Of a stretch of 64,000 nucleotides of DNA, positions 10,825 to 20,364 are shown piece after piece. The translations under genes and the position numbers were made by a program. The notes under the pieces are model-generated. The model was not told the DNA's origin, did not search any database, and was given only the letters and a program-made list of their open reading frames with translations. Positions within the stretch are counted from its first letter, which is position 1. Each line of letters opens with the position of its first letter. Location: contig CAMNTH010000008.1 in the NCBI GenBank assembly GCA_946557785.1, positions 52,085 to 116,084 on the forward strand, in the 5' to 3' direction. Origin of the DNA: an uncultured Blautia sp. (GTDB lineage: Bacteria; Bacillota; Clostridia; Lachnospirales; Lachnospiraceae).

Positions 10825-11016
10825 GATCTCACTTCTTTCCAAATTTGATTCAGTTCTAATTTATTATAGCAATTCTGTGATGTTTTTCAAGAAGAATTCA
10901 GGTACCTACATCATATAAAAGAAAAAATCTGCGATATTTTCTATATATTTCAGGGAATTGTTGGAAGTATTCGTAATTTCGTTGATATACATTGAAAATA
11001 TTGTTAGAATGGAAAG

Positions 11017-11044
11017 AGCAAGATTGTATTATTTTTCAGCAATA
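11017..11044 (+). promoter_or_regulatory. Putative AraC-family activator site, copy 2
   Basis: AGCAAGATTGTATTATTTTTCAGCAATA; extended -10 TGCTAGAAT with TAGAAT starting 30 nt after its end. Confidence 0.7.
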
Positions 11045-11147
11045 GCGTAGGATGTAATCAACAAAAGTTATGCTAGAATAAAACTATAAAAGCCATGGTG
11101 AAGTTACAAAGAACGATAATAAAATACAAAGATACGGAGGAAAAACT

Positions 11148-12392
11148 ATGAAGACGAAAAGGATAATAAGTATTGCATTAGCAGGTGTAATGGCATTTGG
11201 TCTTGTTCCGGCAGCAACTGTACTGGCAGATGATAAGGCAGAGCTTACCCTTATGATTGACTGTCCTACAGATCCCTGGCGTGAAGACTTGGTAAAAATG
11301 GTACAGGAAAAGTTCCCGGACTATAAGCTGACGATCAAGACATGGGATGAAGGTACTGTAGAACAGACGATTAAAACCGCTTATGCAGCAGATCAGGCTG
11401 TGGATGTATCTGTATATTGGCCAACGTACATGAAAAAATTTGAGGGAACCGGTATTCCTATGGATCTGACGGAATACCTGGAGGCAGACCAGGACTGGAA
11501 GAATTCCTTTGCAGAGGGATCTTTGGAAGTAGGTACAACACAGGAAGGTGTTCTGGCTGTTCCAAAGGATACCGCATATCCAATCTTCCAGGTGAATAAA
11601 GGGATTTTTGAGGAAGCAGGAATTGAGGTTCCGGAAGGATTGTCATGGGACGAATTTACAGAAGTATGTGAAAAGATAAAAGGTATCGGGAAGACACCTT
11701 TGGCAGTACAGTCTGACTGGGCTGGATGGTTTGTACGTAATGCGTATATGCAGTGCTGGGATAATGAGGAAGAATTAGATGCATTTATTGCAGGCGAGGT
11801 TTCCTTTAAGGATGAAAAGGCAGTAGCAGCTATGGACAAGATTGCGGATATGTATAATAACGACTATGTATATCCAGGCGGAAAAGAAGCGGTTACCACA
11901 TCTCCGGATGACGCTCTTGCAGCTTTTGTAAACGGTGATGTTGCTATCTACTGTAATGTAGTAGGAAACGCAGCCAGCGTAGCAGGTAAGGTTGGCGATA
12001 AGTTTGAGATTGGTGTTGTCAGCTGGCCAAGCCTTGCGAAAACCGAGGATATGTATAAGCTTTTAGGCTCATGCGGCGGTTACATGATCATGTCCAATAC
12101 AAAATACCCGGATGAAGCTGTGGAAGTACTGAAATATCTTACAGGTGATGAAGTACAGCAGATGATCGCAGACTACGGCGGAATTGTTACGAACGTAAAC
12201 GTTACATCAGAAGATGCCAACTACCAGCTTTATAGCAAAGATGCTGACAAAGTATATCCGGATGAGGTAATCAATCTTTCTTCTGAGATTTTTGATAATA
12301 TTGTTTATAATCAGCCGTCTAATTATTTATATAACGGAGAAGCTGCATTAGATGAACTGGAAGCTTTGAGAGAAGCTGCAACTGCAAAATAA
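11148..12392 (+). CDS. Carbohydrate ABC transporter substrate-binding protein
   Basis: Signal peptide; SBP_bac_1-like motifs (LTEYL, VNKGIFEEAGI, SWDEF). Confidence 0.92.
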   Translation: MKTKRIISIALAGVMAFGLVPAATVLADDKAELTLMIDCPTDPWREDLVKMVQEKFPDYKLTIKTWDEGTVEQTIKTAYAADQAVDVSVYWPTYMKKFEGTGIPMDLTEYLEADQDWKNSFAEGSLEVGTTQEGVLAVPKDTAYPIFQVNKGIFEEAGIEVPEGLSWDEFTEVCEKIKGIGKTPLAVQSDWAGWFVRNAYMQCWDNEEELDAFIAGEVSFKDEKAVAAMDKIADMYNNDYVYPGGKEAVTTSPDDALAAFVNGDVAIYCNVVGNAASVAGKVGDKFEIGVVSWPSLAKTEDMYKLLGSCGGYMIMSNTKYPDEAVEVLKYLTGDEVQQMIADYGGIVTNVNVTSEDANYQLYSKDADKVYPDEVINLSSEIFDNIVYNQPSNYLYNGEAALDELEALREAATAK

Positions 12393-12416
12393 CGAGACAT
12401 TCATAAGCATTAGGAG

Positions 12417-12455
12417 AAAGTGGGATGTCGCACTAGTGCGGCACCCCGCTTTTTT
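12417..12455 (+). terminator. Intercistronic hairpin after the SBP gene (partial terminator or mRNA stabiliser)
   Basis: About 15/16-pair stem AAAGTGGGATGTCGCA/TGCGGCACCCCGCTTT followed by Ts. Confidence 0.6.
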
Positions 12456-12474
12456 CTTAAAGGAGGGACAGCAG

Positions 12475-13383
12475 GTGAAGAAACGACATAAAGCGGCAGG
12501 GGTAAATAGAAAGATTATATTTGCCGGATTCTTATTTATGCTCCCTGCATTTCTGGTCATTTTGATCACAATACTGATTCCGCTGGTATGGAATCTGTAT
12601 CTTTCATTTTGCGAATGGAATGGCGGCGGAAGCACTGTTTTTATCGGAGTTGAAAACTATATTAAATCCTTTACAACCCAGGGAACGAGAGACGCAATTT
12701 ATCATTCCATTTTCATTGGAATCATATCTACCCTGGTATCTGTAATGCTTGGGGTGGCTTTTGCCCTTGCGCTGTTTCGGATTCAGAACAGATTAAGCAG
12801 CGTGGCCAGAGTGATTTTCTACAGTCCCAGCATGATTCCTATGACTGTTCTGGGACTTTTGTTTACATTCATTTTTGCTTCATCTGACAAGGGATTGCTG
12901 AATGCGATTCTGGCGGCTACAGGAATGGATTTCTTAAAACATGCCTGGCTTTCTGACAAAAGCACAGTACTTTGGGTCATTGCCGTCATTCAGGGTTGGA
13001 GAAGCAGTGGTACCATTATGATGCTGAGCTATACGGCAATGCTGAACATTCCGGACTCTTTATTCGAAAGTGCAGAGCTGGAGGGCTGCGGATTTGTAAA
13101 AAAATCCAGATATATTATCCTGCCGCTGATTAAGCAGACTATCCGTCTGGCCCTTTCCATGACTCTTGTATGGGCATTTAAGACCTATGACCTTGTATGG
13201 ACGATGACCCAGGGCGGACCTGCCAACATGTCCATGACAGCGCCGATCATGATGATCAAAACAGGCTTTTCTTACAACCAGTATGGATATGCAGCTGCTA
13301 TCGGCATGATCTGTACCGTACTGATCGGAATCTGCATTATTATTGGAAGATCTTTATTAAGGGGGGAAAATTATGAGTATTAA
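12475..13383 (+). CDS. Carbohydrate ABC transporter permease
   Basis: EAA-like loop LFESAELEGCG; GTG start at 12475 after AAGGAGG. Confidence 0.92.
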   Translation: MKKRHKAAGVNRKIIFAGFLFMLPAFLVILITILIPLVWNLYLSFCEWNGGGSTVFIGVENYIKSFTTQGTRDAIYHSIFIGIISTLVSVMLGVAFALALFRIQNRLSSVARVIFYSPSMIPMTVLGLLFTFIFASSDKGLLNAILAATGMDFLKHAWLSDKSTVLWVIAVIQGWRSSGTIMMLSYTAMLNIPDSLFESAELEGCGFVKKSRYIILPLIKQTIRLALSMTLVWAFKTYDLVWTMTQGGPANMSMTAPIMMIKTGFSYNQYGYAAAIGMICTVLIGICIIIGRSLLRGENYEY

Positions 13384-14221
13384 AGTAAAAAAGAATCTGA
13401 AACTCCCTTATATACTGCTGTGTATTGTAATTATTATGTGTCTCGTTGTATATATTTTTCCAATCGTTTTTTCAGCAGTTACATCTTTAAAATCTCCGGA
13501 TGAGTTTTATGCAAGTATTTGGGCACTTCCCACGGAATTGCGGTTTTCCAATTATGTGGATGCGTTCCAGATTGGAAAAATAGGCAAGTATATGATGAAC
13601 AGCGTGATCATCAGTGCGTTTTCCCTGATATCCATTCAGATCCTGGCCCTGATGGCAGCTTATGCATTGTCCAGACTGAAAATACCACATGTAGAAGTGT
13701 TTTTAATGGCCCTGCTTCTTTTGCAGGTACTTCCTACGGAATCCATGATCATTCCGCTGTATATCAGTGTGTCAAAGATGCACTTGCTGGATTTTCCCTA
13801 TGTATCCACTATTTTGGGGTATGTAGGATGGTCCCTTCCGGGAACGATTATTATTTTGAAGAACTATTTTGATACGGTTCCCATTGACCTTTTGGAGGCG
13901 GCAAGAATTGACGGAAGCAATGAAATAAATACCATGACAAAAATTATCCTTCCATTGATGAAAGCGCCTATGGTTACTTGTATGATCATGAATTTTACCT
14001 ATGTATGGGGTGAACTAATGTGGGCGCAGGTAACTACGCTTCTGACAGATGAGGGCATTACCATTACCGTAGGCCTTTTGAATTTCCAGGGACAGTATGG
14101 CACAAACTGGACGCTTTTAACTGCGGCTATCGTAATGGTAATCGTTCCCCTTTTGGCGATTTTTGTTTCTTTGCAGAAATATTTTGTAGCAGGCTTAACA
14201 GCCGGTGGAGTAAAGGGGTAA
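13373..14221 (+). CDS. Carbohydrate ABC transporter permease
   Basis: EAA loop LLEAARIDGS; QKYFVAGLTAGGVKG terminus. Confidence 0.94.
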   Translation: MSIKVKKNLKLPYILLCIVIIMCLVVYIFPIVFSAVTSLKSPDEFYASIWALPTELRFSNYVDAFQIGKIGKYMMNSVIISAFSLISIQILALMAAYALSRLKIPHVEVFLMALLLLQVLPTESMIIPLYISVSKMHLLDFPYVSTILGYVGWSLPGTIIILKNYFDTVPIDLLEAARIDGSNEINTMTKIILPLMKAPMVTCMIMNFTYVWGELMWAQVTTLLTDEGITITVGLLNFQGQYGTNWTLLTAAIVMVIVPLLAIFVSLQKYFVAGLTAGGVKG

Positions 14222-14227
14222 TGTACT

Positions 14228-17200
14228 ATGGAAAAAATGAAAGAATTATTTTTAAATCCTGGCAATGAATATAGAACGGCGCCTTTGTGGGTGTGGAATG
14301 CAGATATGAGCGGGGAAGAAATAGAAAAAACCCTGACAGAATTAAAGGAGCATGGTTTCGGAGGCGCCTTTGTTCATCCACGGCCCGGCATGAAGGTAAC
14401 TTATTTGGATGAAGCTTATTTTAAGGCATGGGGAAAGGCACTGGAAGCAGCAAAACGCCTGGGTCTGAAGCTGAATATTTATGATGAAAATTCCTATCCC
14501 TCCGGTTTTGGAGGAGGGCATGTATCCTGTGAACTTCCGGATTGCCTTTCTGAATCAGTCCGGTATCAGGTGTTTTCAGAAGCACAAATGGATTTCACTG
14601 AGAAAAAGTCGGATTGGCTTGGAGACAATGAAACAATTGCAGTATATGCCTGTGATAAAAAGAATGGAAAAATGGTCTTTTGTTATGACGTGACAGATCT
14701 GCCTGTTGGTGAATGGAAGGGTAAAGGAAGCTATTATGCAGTTATGACACATCTTCCATCTCAGACAGCAGGCTGGCTTGCAGGCTTTGCGGATATTGAC
14801 AGGCTACGCCCTGAGGTTACGGATAAATTTCTGGAAAAGGTATATGATGCTTATGCTGCACATTTCCAGGAGGACTTTGGTGATACCATTCAGGCGATTT
14901 TTACAGATGAGCCTGCCCTTCCGGGAAGTACGGTATACGGACGGGGAGGAGAAGGAACCCTTCCGGTGAACCATTGGTTTTCTTATGAATTCCAGAAAAA
15001 GAAGGGATACGATATCATGAAGGTGCTGCCTTGTCTCTTTGAAGACTGGGAAGGCTTTGAGAATGAAAAAATCCGTCATGATTATTATGAAGTGACACAG
15101 GAGCTTTGGGAAGAGAACTTTTTAAAGCCCATTCAAAAATGGTGCAGGGAGCATCACCTGCCATTTACCGGACATTTTATGGAGGATGGATGGCCGAAGC
15201 CCTATTACTGTGTAGTTTCCCCAAGTGTTATGGCAAGCTATGAGTATCAGGACTGGCCTGGGATCGACCTTCTTTTGACAGGAAGACTTAAAAATGAGCC
15301 AAGCGAAGTGCAGGAGATCAGTATGCTGGAGGTTATGAGTGCAGCTCACCAGTTTGGAAAAGAGAGGGTATTTTGTGAGGCTTACGGTGCCGGAGGCTAT
15401 GATTCCGGCCTGAAGGATTATAAGCGCATGGGCGATTATCTTTTTGTAAATGGAGTAAATTTCATTAATGAACATCTAACCTATACATCCTATGTAGGCG
15501 CAAGAAAAAGAGATCATCCTCAGTCCTTTGACTGGCGTCAGTCCTGGTGGAATGATTATACCCCTTTAAATGATTATTTGGGGAGAATGTGCGCTGTGCT
15601 GTGCCAGGGATATTCCAGAGAGCGGGTTCTTGTACTGAATCCCACCATGACCGGGTATATATGTCCAAAGGATGAAGATTCTTCTCAGCTGGTTTATAAT
15701 GTTTTGGCAAAAGAACCGAATATGAGACCATTCCTTCAGATGCTGCAGGATCTTCGGAGATTCCAGTGGGACATCAATCTGGGGGATGAAGTGATCATGA
15801 AGCGTTATGGGAAGATTGAAGGAGGGAAGCTTCAGATCGTAACCCAGCAATATGAAGTGGTGATCCTGCATGAATGTATCAAAAATATGCTGCCGTCTAC
15901 CATAGCCCTTTTGAAAGCATATATGGAACAGGGCGGGCGGATTTTAAGCGTAGGACGTCCAGGAGATTTTGTGTCCGGCGTGAAGCATCCAAAAATGTAT
16001 GAGGAGCTCTGTGCTCATGAGAATTATCTGATTTTTTCCGGAGAGGATGAAATGCTTGCATATTTAAATACTCATTACAGCAGGTATTTCCTTACAGATA
16101 CAGAGCTGCCGGAAGGTGTGGAAAGCATTCGCAGGGTTTTGGATGACGGAAGAGAGCTTTATTTTATTACAAACCACAGCAAAGAGGATGTTGATACAAA
16201 AATTCATTTCTATGGTACCTTCCTGGAGGATTGGGATCCGTGGAATGGAACCTGTATGATCCTGACAGCGGAGGAAGACGGGGAGAAGCTGACGGTTCCT
16301 CTGGACTTAAAAGACGGAGAATCACGATTATTCTGTGTGAACCACACTCCAAGTGAAAAGAGTGAGGTGCAGGACCTCGGGACAAAAACAGAAAGTGATC
16401 TATCTTCAAATGGGAAAGAGACAGATCTTGTACTTCAAAGAATCCTGCCGTTGGATGAGAACGTGTGGCCTTTGGAATATTGTGATCTCAGCATTGATGG
16501 AGAAACCTTCCGGGATTATTCTACGATTGCTGCAGGAAGCCATATATTTAAAAAGAGAGGATTTCTGGCAAATCCATGGGATAATGAAGTGCAGTATAAA
16601 GACAGAACCTACAAAAGAAATCGGTTCTATACTGAGAACAGTGGTTTTTCCGCAACATATCATTTCCAGATTGCGCAGGGATTCCGTCCGGAAAGCTTAA
16701 AACTTGCTGTGGAATATGGCGACCGCTATACGATTACGGTAAACAGGCAGCCAGTCCCTTCAAAAACAGGGGAATATTTCCTGGATCATTTGATTTCTCT
16801 TTATGATATTCATGAGCTGGTAAAAGCAGGAGAGAATGAGGTCTGTATTACGGCTTCTAAGTTTGATGTGGAACTGGAGCTGGAGGCTGTAATATTAAAA
16901 GGATCTTTTGGCGTATATCATAGGGGAAATGCATGGGTGATGGATGCGCAGGCAGACCTGAAGGCTGGAAGCATCATCGGGCAGGGCTATCCTTTCTATG
17001 CAGGAGCAGTTGTATATGAGGGGGGATTCCAAAAAGAAGAGGAAACCAGGGTAATGATCCAGGTTCCTGATTCAGAGGCAACGGCGGTCTCCATTACTGT
17101 GAACGGAGTATATGCAGGACCTGTGAATATCAATGGTGTGAAAGCCCTGGATATTACAAGGTATACAGTTTCTGGTAAAAATAAGATAGAGGCAAAAGTC

Positions 17201-17371
17201 TGTGCAAGCATGAAAAATCTCTTAGGTCCGCATTTTGATCCGGAAAAGCCAAGAAATACTGCATGGCCGGATATGTGGAAAAAGGCACCTAAAGTGGGAA
17301 ACCCAAGTCCTAAGGAGTATGATCTGATTTCTTACGGGCTTTTGGAAGCCATTAAGATCATCCGGTATTAG
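14228..17371 (+). CDS. Large glycoside hydrolase, GH106 (alpha-L-rhamnosidase)-like
   Basis: PLWVWN, GFGGAFVHPRPG, IYDENSYPSG, IFTDEP, PGID, EAYG motifs; 1047 aa. Confidence 0.75.
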   Translation: MEKMKELFLNPGNEYRTAPLWVWNADMSGEEIEKTLTELKEHGFGGAFVHPRPGMKVTYLDEAYFKAWGKALEAAKRLGLKLNIYDENSYPSGFGGGHVSCELPDCLSESVRYQVFSEAQMDFTEKKSDWLGDNETIAVYACDKKNGKMVFCYDVTDLPVGEWKGKGSYYAVMTHLPSQTAGWLAGFADIDRLRPEVTDKFLEKVYDAYAAHFQEDFGDTIQAIFTDEPALPGSTVYGRGGEGTLPVNHWFSYEFQKKKGYDIMKVLPCLFEDWEGFENEKIRHDYYEVTQELWEENFLKPIQKWCREHHLPFTGHFMEDGWPKPYYCVVSPSVMASYEYQDWPGIDLLLTGRLKNEPSEVQEISMLEVMSAAHQFGKERVFCEAYGAGGYDSGLKDYKRMGDYLFVNGVNFINEHLTYTSYVGARKRDHPQSFDWRQSWWNDYTPLNDYLGRMCAVLCQGYSRERVLVLNPTMTGYICPKDEDSSQLVYNVLAKEPNMRPFLQMLQDLRRFQWDINLGDEVIMKRYGKIEGGKLQIVTQQYEVVILHECIKNMLPSTIALLKAYMEQGGRILSVGRPGDFVSGVKHPKMYEELCAHENYLIFSGEDEMLAYLNTHYSRYFLTDTELPEGVESIRRVLDDGRELYFITNHSKEDVDTKIHFYGTFLEDWDPWNGTCMILTAEEDGEKLTVPLDLKDGESRLFCVNHTPSEKSEVQDLGTKTESDLSSNGKETDLVLQRILPLDENVWPLEYCDLSIDGETFRDYSTIAAGSHIFKKRGFLANPWDNEVQYKDRTYKRNRFYTENSGFSATYHFQIAQGFRPESLKLAVEYGDRYTITVNRQPVPSKTGEYFLDHLISLYDIHELVKAGENEVCITASKFDVELELEAVILKGSFGVYHRGNAWVMDAQADLKAGSIIGQGYPFYAGAVVYEGGFQKEEETRVMIQVPDSEATAVSITVNGVYAGPVNINGVKALDITRYTVSGKNKIEAKVCASMKNLLGPHFDPEKPRNTAWPDMWKKAPKVGNPSPKEYDLISYGLLEAIKIIRY

Positions 17372-17383
17372 ATCTTGTTGCTG

Positions 17384-17412
17384 TTCTATTTCAGGACAGC
17401 CGCTCGTACAAT
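17384..17412 (+). promoter_or_regulatory. sigmaE-like promoter of spoIIM
   Basis: TTCTATT-N14-CGTACAAT. Confidence 0.5.
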
Positions 17413-17428
17413 GGTACAGGGTGAGACA

Positions 17429-18028
17429 ATGGAAAAAAGAAAGAAAAGATTTGGGAAAGGGTTACTGCCGGCAGTTCTTTTGCTGGCGATTGGATTTCTT
17501 TTGGGAATTGTGATTCCAAATGTGATGTGGAAACTGGAGTGGCGCCAGAAAACGCTGGCATCTGTCTATATACTTGGGACATTTGCGGGGAAGAGCATGA
17601 AAGGAACGGAATACCTCTGGTATGTCCTGCGAATGCGGGGAAGCGTTTTTCTGGTGGCTGCCTTTTGCGGAATCTCTGTTTTCGGCGTGCCGCTGGCTGT
17701 TCTTGGAATGCTGCTGCAGGGACTGGAGATTGGGCTGATCCTTACCATGTCCATTCTGCAGTTTGGGCTTGCCGGAGGGGCGGTTGGGGCAGGACTTTTT
17801 CTGCCCCAGTATCTTTTGTACATTCCTTCCGTATGCGTTCTTATGTCTGTAGTGTATATGCAGTCACTGGATATCTGGAAGAACAGGGGATTGTTTCCTA
17901 AGAAGGTATATCGCTATGTATTGGGGATCCTTCCGGCAGGAGCCTTGTATTTAGTGGGGATTCTTCTGGAGGTGTATTGTAATCCCTGGGTTTTTCAATT
18001 GTTTACAAAAAATTTATATTTATTTTAA
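17429..18028 (+). CDS. spoIIM: Stage II sporulation protein M
   Basis: Multi-TM; LPQYLLYIP and LLEVYCNP motifs; directly upstream of xerD. Confidence 0.8.
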   Translation: MEKRKKRFGKGLLPAVLLLAIGFLLGIVIPNVMWKLEWRQKTLASVYILGTFAGKSMKGTEYLWYVLRMRGSVFLVAAFCGISVFGVPLAVLGMLLQGLEIGLILTMSILQFGLAGGAVGAGLFLPQYLLYIPSVCVLMSVVYMQSLDIWKNRGLFPKKVYRYVLGILPAGALYLVGILLEVYCNPWVFQLFTKNLYLF

Positions 18029-18273
18029 AAAACGGATTTTACCAGATGTAGTGCAGGTTACCATAAGATTGTCGATATTTTGTATGATTCTGTCATAAAT
18101 GCTGATTTTACTGTATTTCTTGCCGAAAAAAGGATTTGATTTTATGTAAAATACAAAGTATAATACAGATAAATTTCGGGTAATCGGGGAATAGGGTTCA
18201 TTTCCTGTATGCCTGGCAGTGATAAAGAGGGGAAGCTGCTGCCAAAATACGAGGAGAAGCAGGACGTAGGAAG

Positions 18274-19158
18274 ATGGAGAGAGACATTCGGGAATTTATA
18301 TCATATTTGCATAATACGAAAAAGACTTCCAGTAATACGGAAGTGTCCTATCAGAGGGACTTAAAGAAAATGGCGGTCTACCTGTCAGAAAATGGGATTA
18401 CAGATGTCAGAGAGGTTAGTGAACTGGATCTGCGGGGGTATATCAGTGAAATGGAACGGAGAGATTTTGCCAGTTCTACAGTTTCCAGAAGCGTGGCATC
18501 CATAAGGGCGCTGTTTCAGTATCTTTTTAAAGAGGGAAAAATTAAGGGGGATCCTTCAGATGGTCTGAAGCCTCCTAAGGTGGAAAAAAAGGTGCCGGAA
18601 ATTTTGTCTGTGGAAGAGGTTGACCGGCTTTTGAAGCAGCCGGATACGGTAACGCCCAAGGGAATCCGGGATACAGCTATGTTAGAGCTTCTTTATGCAA
18701 CCGGGATGCGTGTCAGTGAACTGCTGCATCTTTGTATTGATGATCTGAATCTGGATTTTGGATATGTAAGCTGCCATGAAAATGGCAAGGAGAGGATCAT
18801 CCCTATTGGAAATGTAAGCAGAAAGGCTCTTGCTCAGTATATGGAGACTTCCAGACCAACTTTTGTCAGAGGCGAGGATGTTAAAGCTCTTTTTACCAAT
18901 TGTTCCGGTAAGGCCATGAGCCGTCAGGGCTTTTGGAAGGTATTGAAAGGATATGCGGATGAAGCAGGGATCCAGGGAGATATTACGCCTCATACGCTTA
19001 GACATTCTTTTGCAGTACATATGCTGCAGAATGGCGCTGATGTAAAAAGCGTGCAGGAAATGATGGGACATTCCGATATTTCTACCACTCAGGTTTATCT
19101 TGGAATGAATATGAATAAAATGCGTGACGTGTACATGAGGGCTCACCCCCGCCATTGA
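18274..19158 (+). CDS. xerD: Tyrosine recombinase XerD
   Basis: RDTAMLELLYATGMRVSEL, HTLRHSFA, MGH, TQVY catalytic set. Confidence 0.93.
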   Translation: MERDIREFISYLHNTKKTSSNTEVSYQRDLKKMAVYLSENGITDVREVSELDLRGYISEMERRDFASSTVSRSVASIRALFQYLFKEGKIKGDPSDGLKPPKVEKKVPEILSVEEVDRLLKQPDTVTPKGIRDTAMLELLYATGMRVSELLHLCIDDLNLDFGYVSCHENGKERIIPIGNVSRKALAQYMETSRPTFVRGEDVKALFTNCSGKAMSRQGFWKVLKGYADEAGIQGDITPHTLRHSFAVHMLQNGADVKSVQEMMGHSDISTTQVYLGMNMNKMRDVYMRAHPRH

Positions 19159-19168
19159 GATCAGTGAT

Positions 19169-19216
19169 AAAAAAGCTGTCCGGACTTCTATAAATAAGAA
19201 GCCAGGACAGCTTTTT
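19169..19216. terminator. Bidirectional terminator between xerD and the DAHP synthase gene
   Basis: AAAAAGCTGTCC...GGACAGCTTTTT. Confidence 0.8.
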
Positions 19217-19252
19217 TGTCATGCTTTCATTTTATATATGATCTGAAGAGGA

Positions 19253-20284
19253 TCAGCACATTTCTGCAATATTATAAAGGAGCTGTTTGGATTCTTCAAA
19301 GCCAAGGCAGGCGTCTGTAATGGACTTTCCATAAACATGGGCAGTGCCGATCTTTTGATTGCCAGGTTCAATATAGCTTTCGATCATCAGTCCTTTTACA
19401 AGGGTCCTAAGCTCAGGATCAACCATACGGCTGTGAAGCACCTCTTTTGCAATGCGAACCTGCTGTTCATACTGCTTATTGGAATTGGAATGGTTCGTGT
19501 CTACGATGACTGCAGGATTTTTTAAGTTTTTCTTTTGGTATTTTTCCAAAAGGAGATGGAGATCCTCATAATGATAATTGGGAATGGATTCTCCGTGTTT
19601 ATTTACAGCGCCGCGCAGAATGGTATGGGCAAGGTCATTTCCTGTGGTTTCTACTTCCCAGCCTCTGTATATGAAACGGTGGCCTCCCTGGGCAGCCACT
19701 ACAGAATTCAGCATAACGCTGAAGTCACCGCTGGTAGGATTTTTCATTCCTGCAGGAACATCCATGCCGCTGACTGTAAGACGGTGCTGCTGATCTTCTA
19801 CAGAGCGGGCGCCAACGGCAACATAAGACAGGATGTCAGAGAGGTAACGGTAATTTTCCGGATAAAGCATTTCGTCTGCACAGGTGAAGCCGCTTTCCTG
19901 GATAGCGCGGATATGCATTTTACGGATAGCGACAAGACCGGCCAGCATGTTTGGCTTTTTTTCAGGATCAGGCTGGTGAACCATGCCTTTATAGCCTTCT
20001 CCTGTAGTTCTTGGTTTGTTGGTGTAGACTCTTGGGATGATGAGCACTTTATCAGCGATTTTTTCCTGCACTTCGCAAAGCCGCAGCAGGTAGTCGATCA
20101 TTGCATCTTCGTTATCTGCGGAGCAGGGACCGATGATTGCAAGAAATTTATCGGATTTTCCTGTAAAAACGTCCCGGATTTCCTGATCACGAGCTGCTTT
20201 TAAGGTTTGAATGGCGGTATCAATGGGATACTGGCTGCGGATTTCTTCGGGGGTTGGTAGTTTTTTCATGAATTCGAATCCCAT
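19253..20284 (-). CDS. 3-deoxy-7-phosphoheptulonate (DAHP) synthase, class I
   Basis: IIGPCS, KPRT, VAVGARS, GMKNPTSG, DTNHSNS, KSITDAC. Confidence 0.95.
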   Translation of the reverse strand: MGFEFMKKLPTPEEIRSQYPIDTAIQTLKAARDQEIRDVFTGKSDKFLAIIGPCSADNEDAMIDYLLRLCEVQEKIADKVLIIPRVYTNKPRTTGEGYKGMVHQPDPEKKPNMLAGLVAIRKMHIRAIQESGFTCADEMLYPENYRYLSDILSYVAVGARSVEDQQHRLTVSGMDVPAGMKNPTSGDFSVMLNSVVAAQGGHRFIYRGWEVETTGNDLAHTILRGAVNKHGESIPNYHYEDLHLLLEKYQKKNLKNPAVIVDTNHSNSNKQYEQQVRIAKEVLHSRMVDPELRTLVKGLMIESYIEPGNQKIGTAHVYGKSITDACLGFEESKQLLYNIAEMC

Positions 20285-20364
20285 GTTTTTTTCTCCTTTG
20301 CAAATTTTGTTTTTTGTTCGTTGAACATTATAAACGATTTTTCAAGGAATGTCGATAGGGAAAT

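Noticed and set aside
18274-19158. Tyrosine recombinase as a mobile-element integrase
   Set aside because: Sequence and spoIIM-adjacent context match housekeeping XerD.
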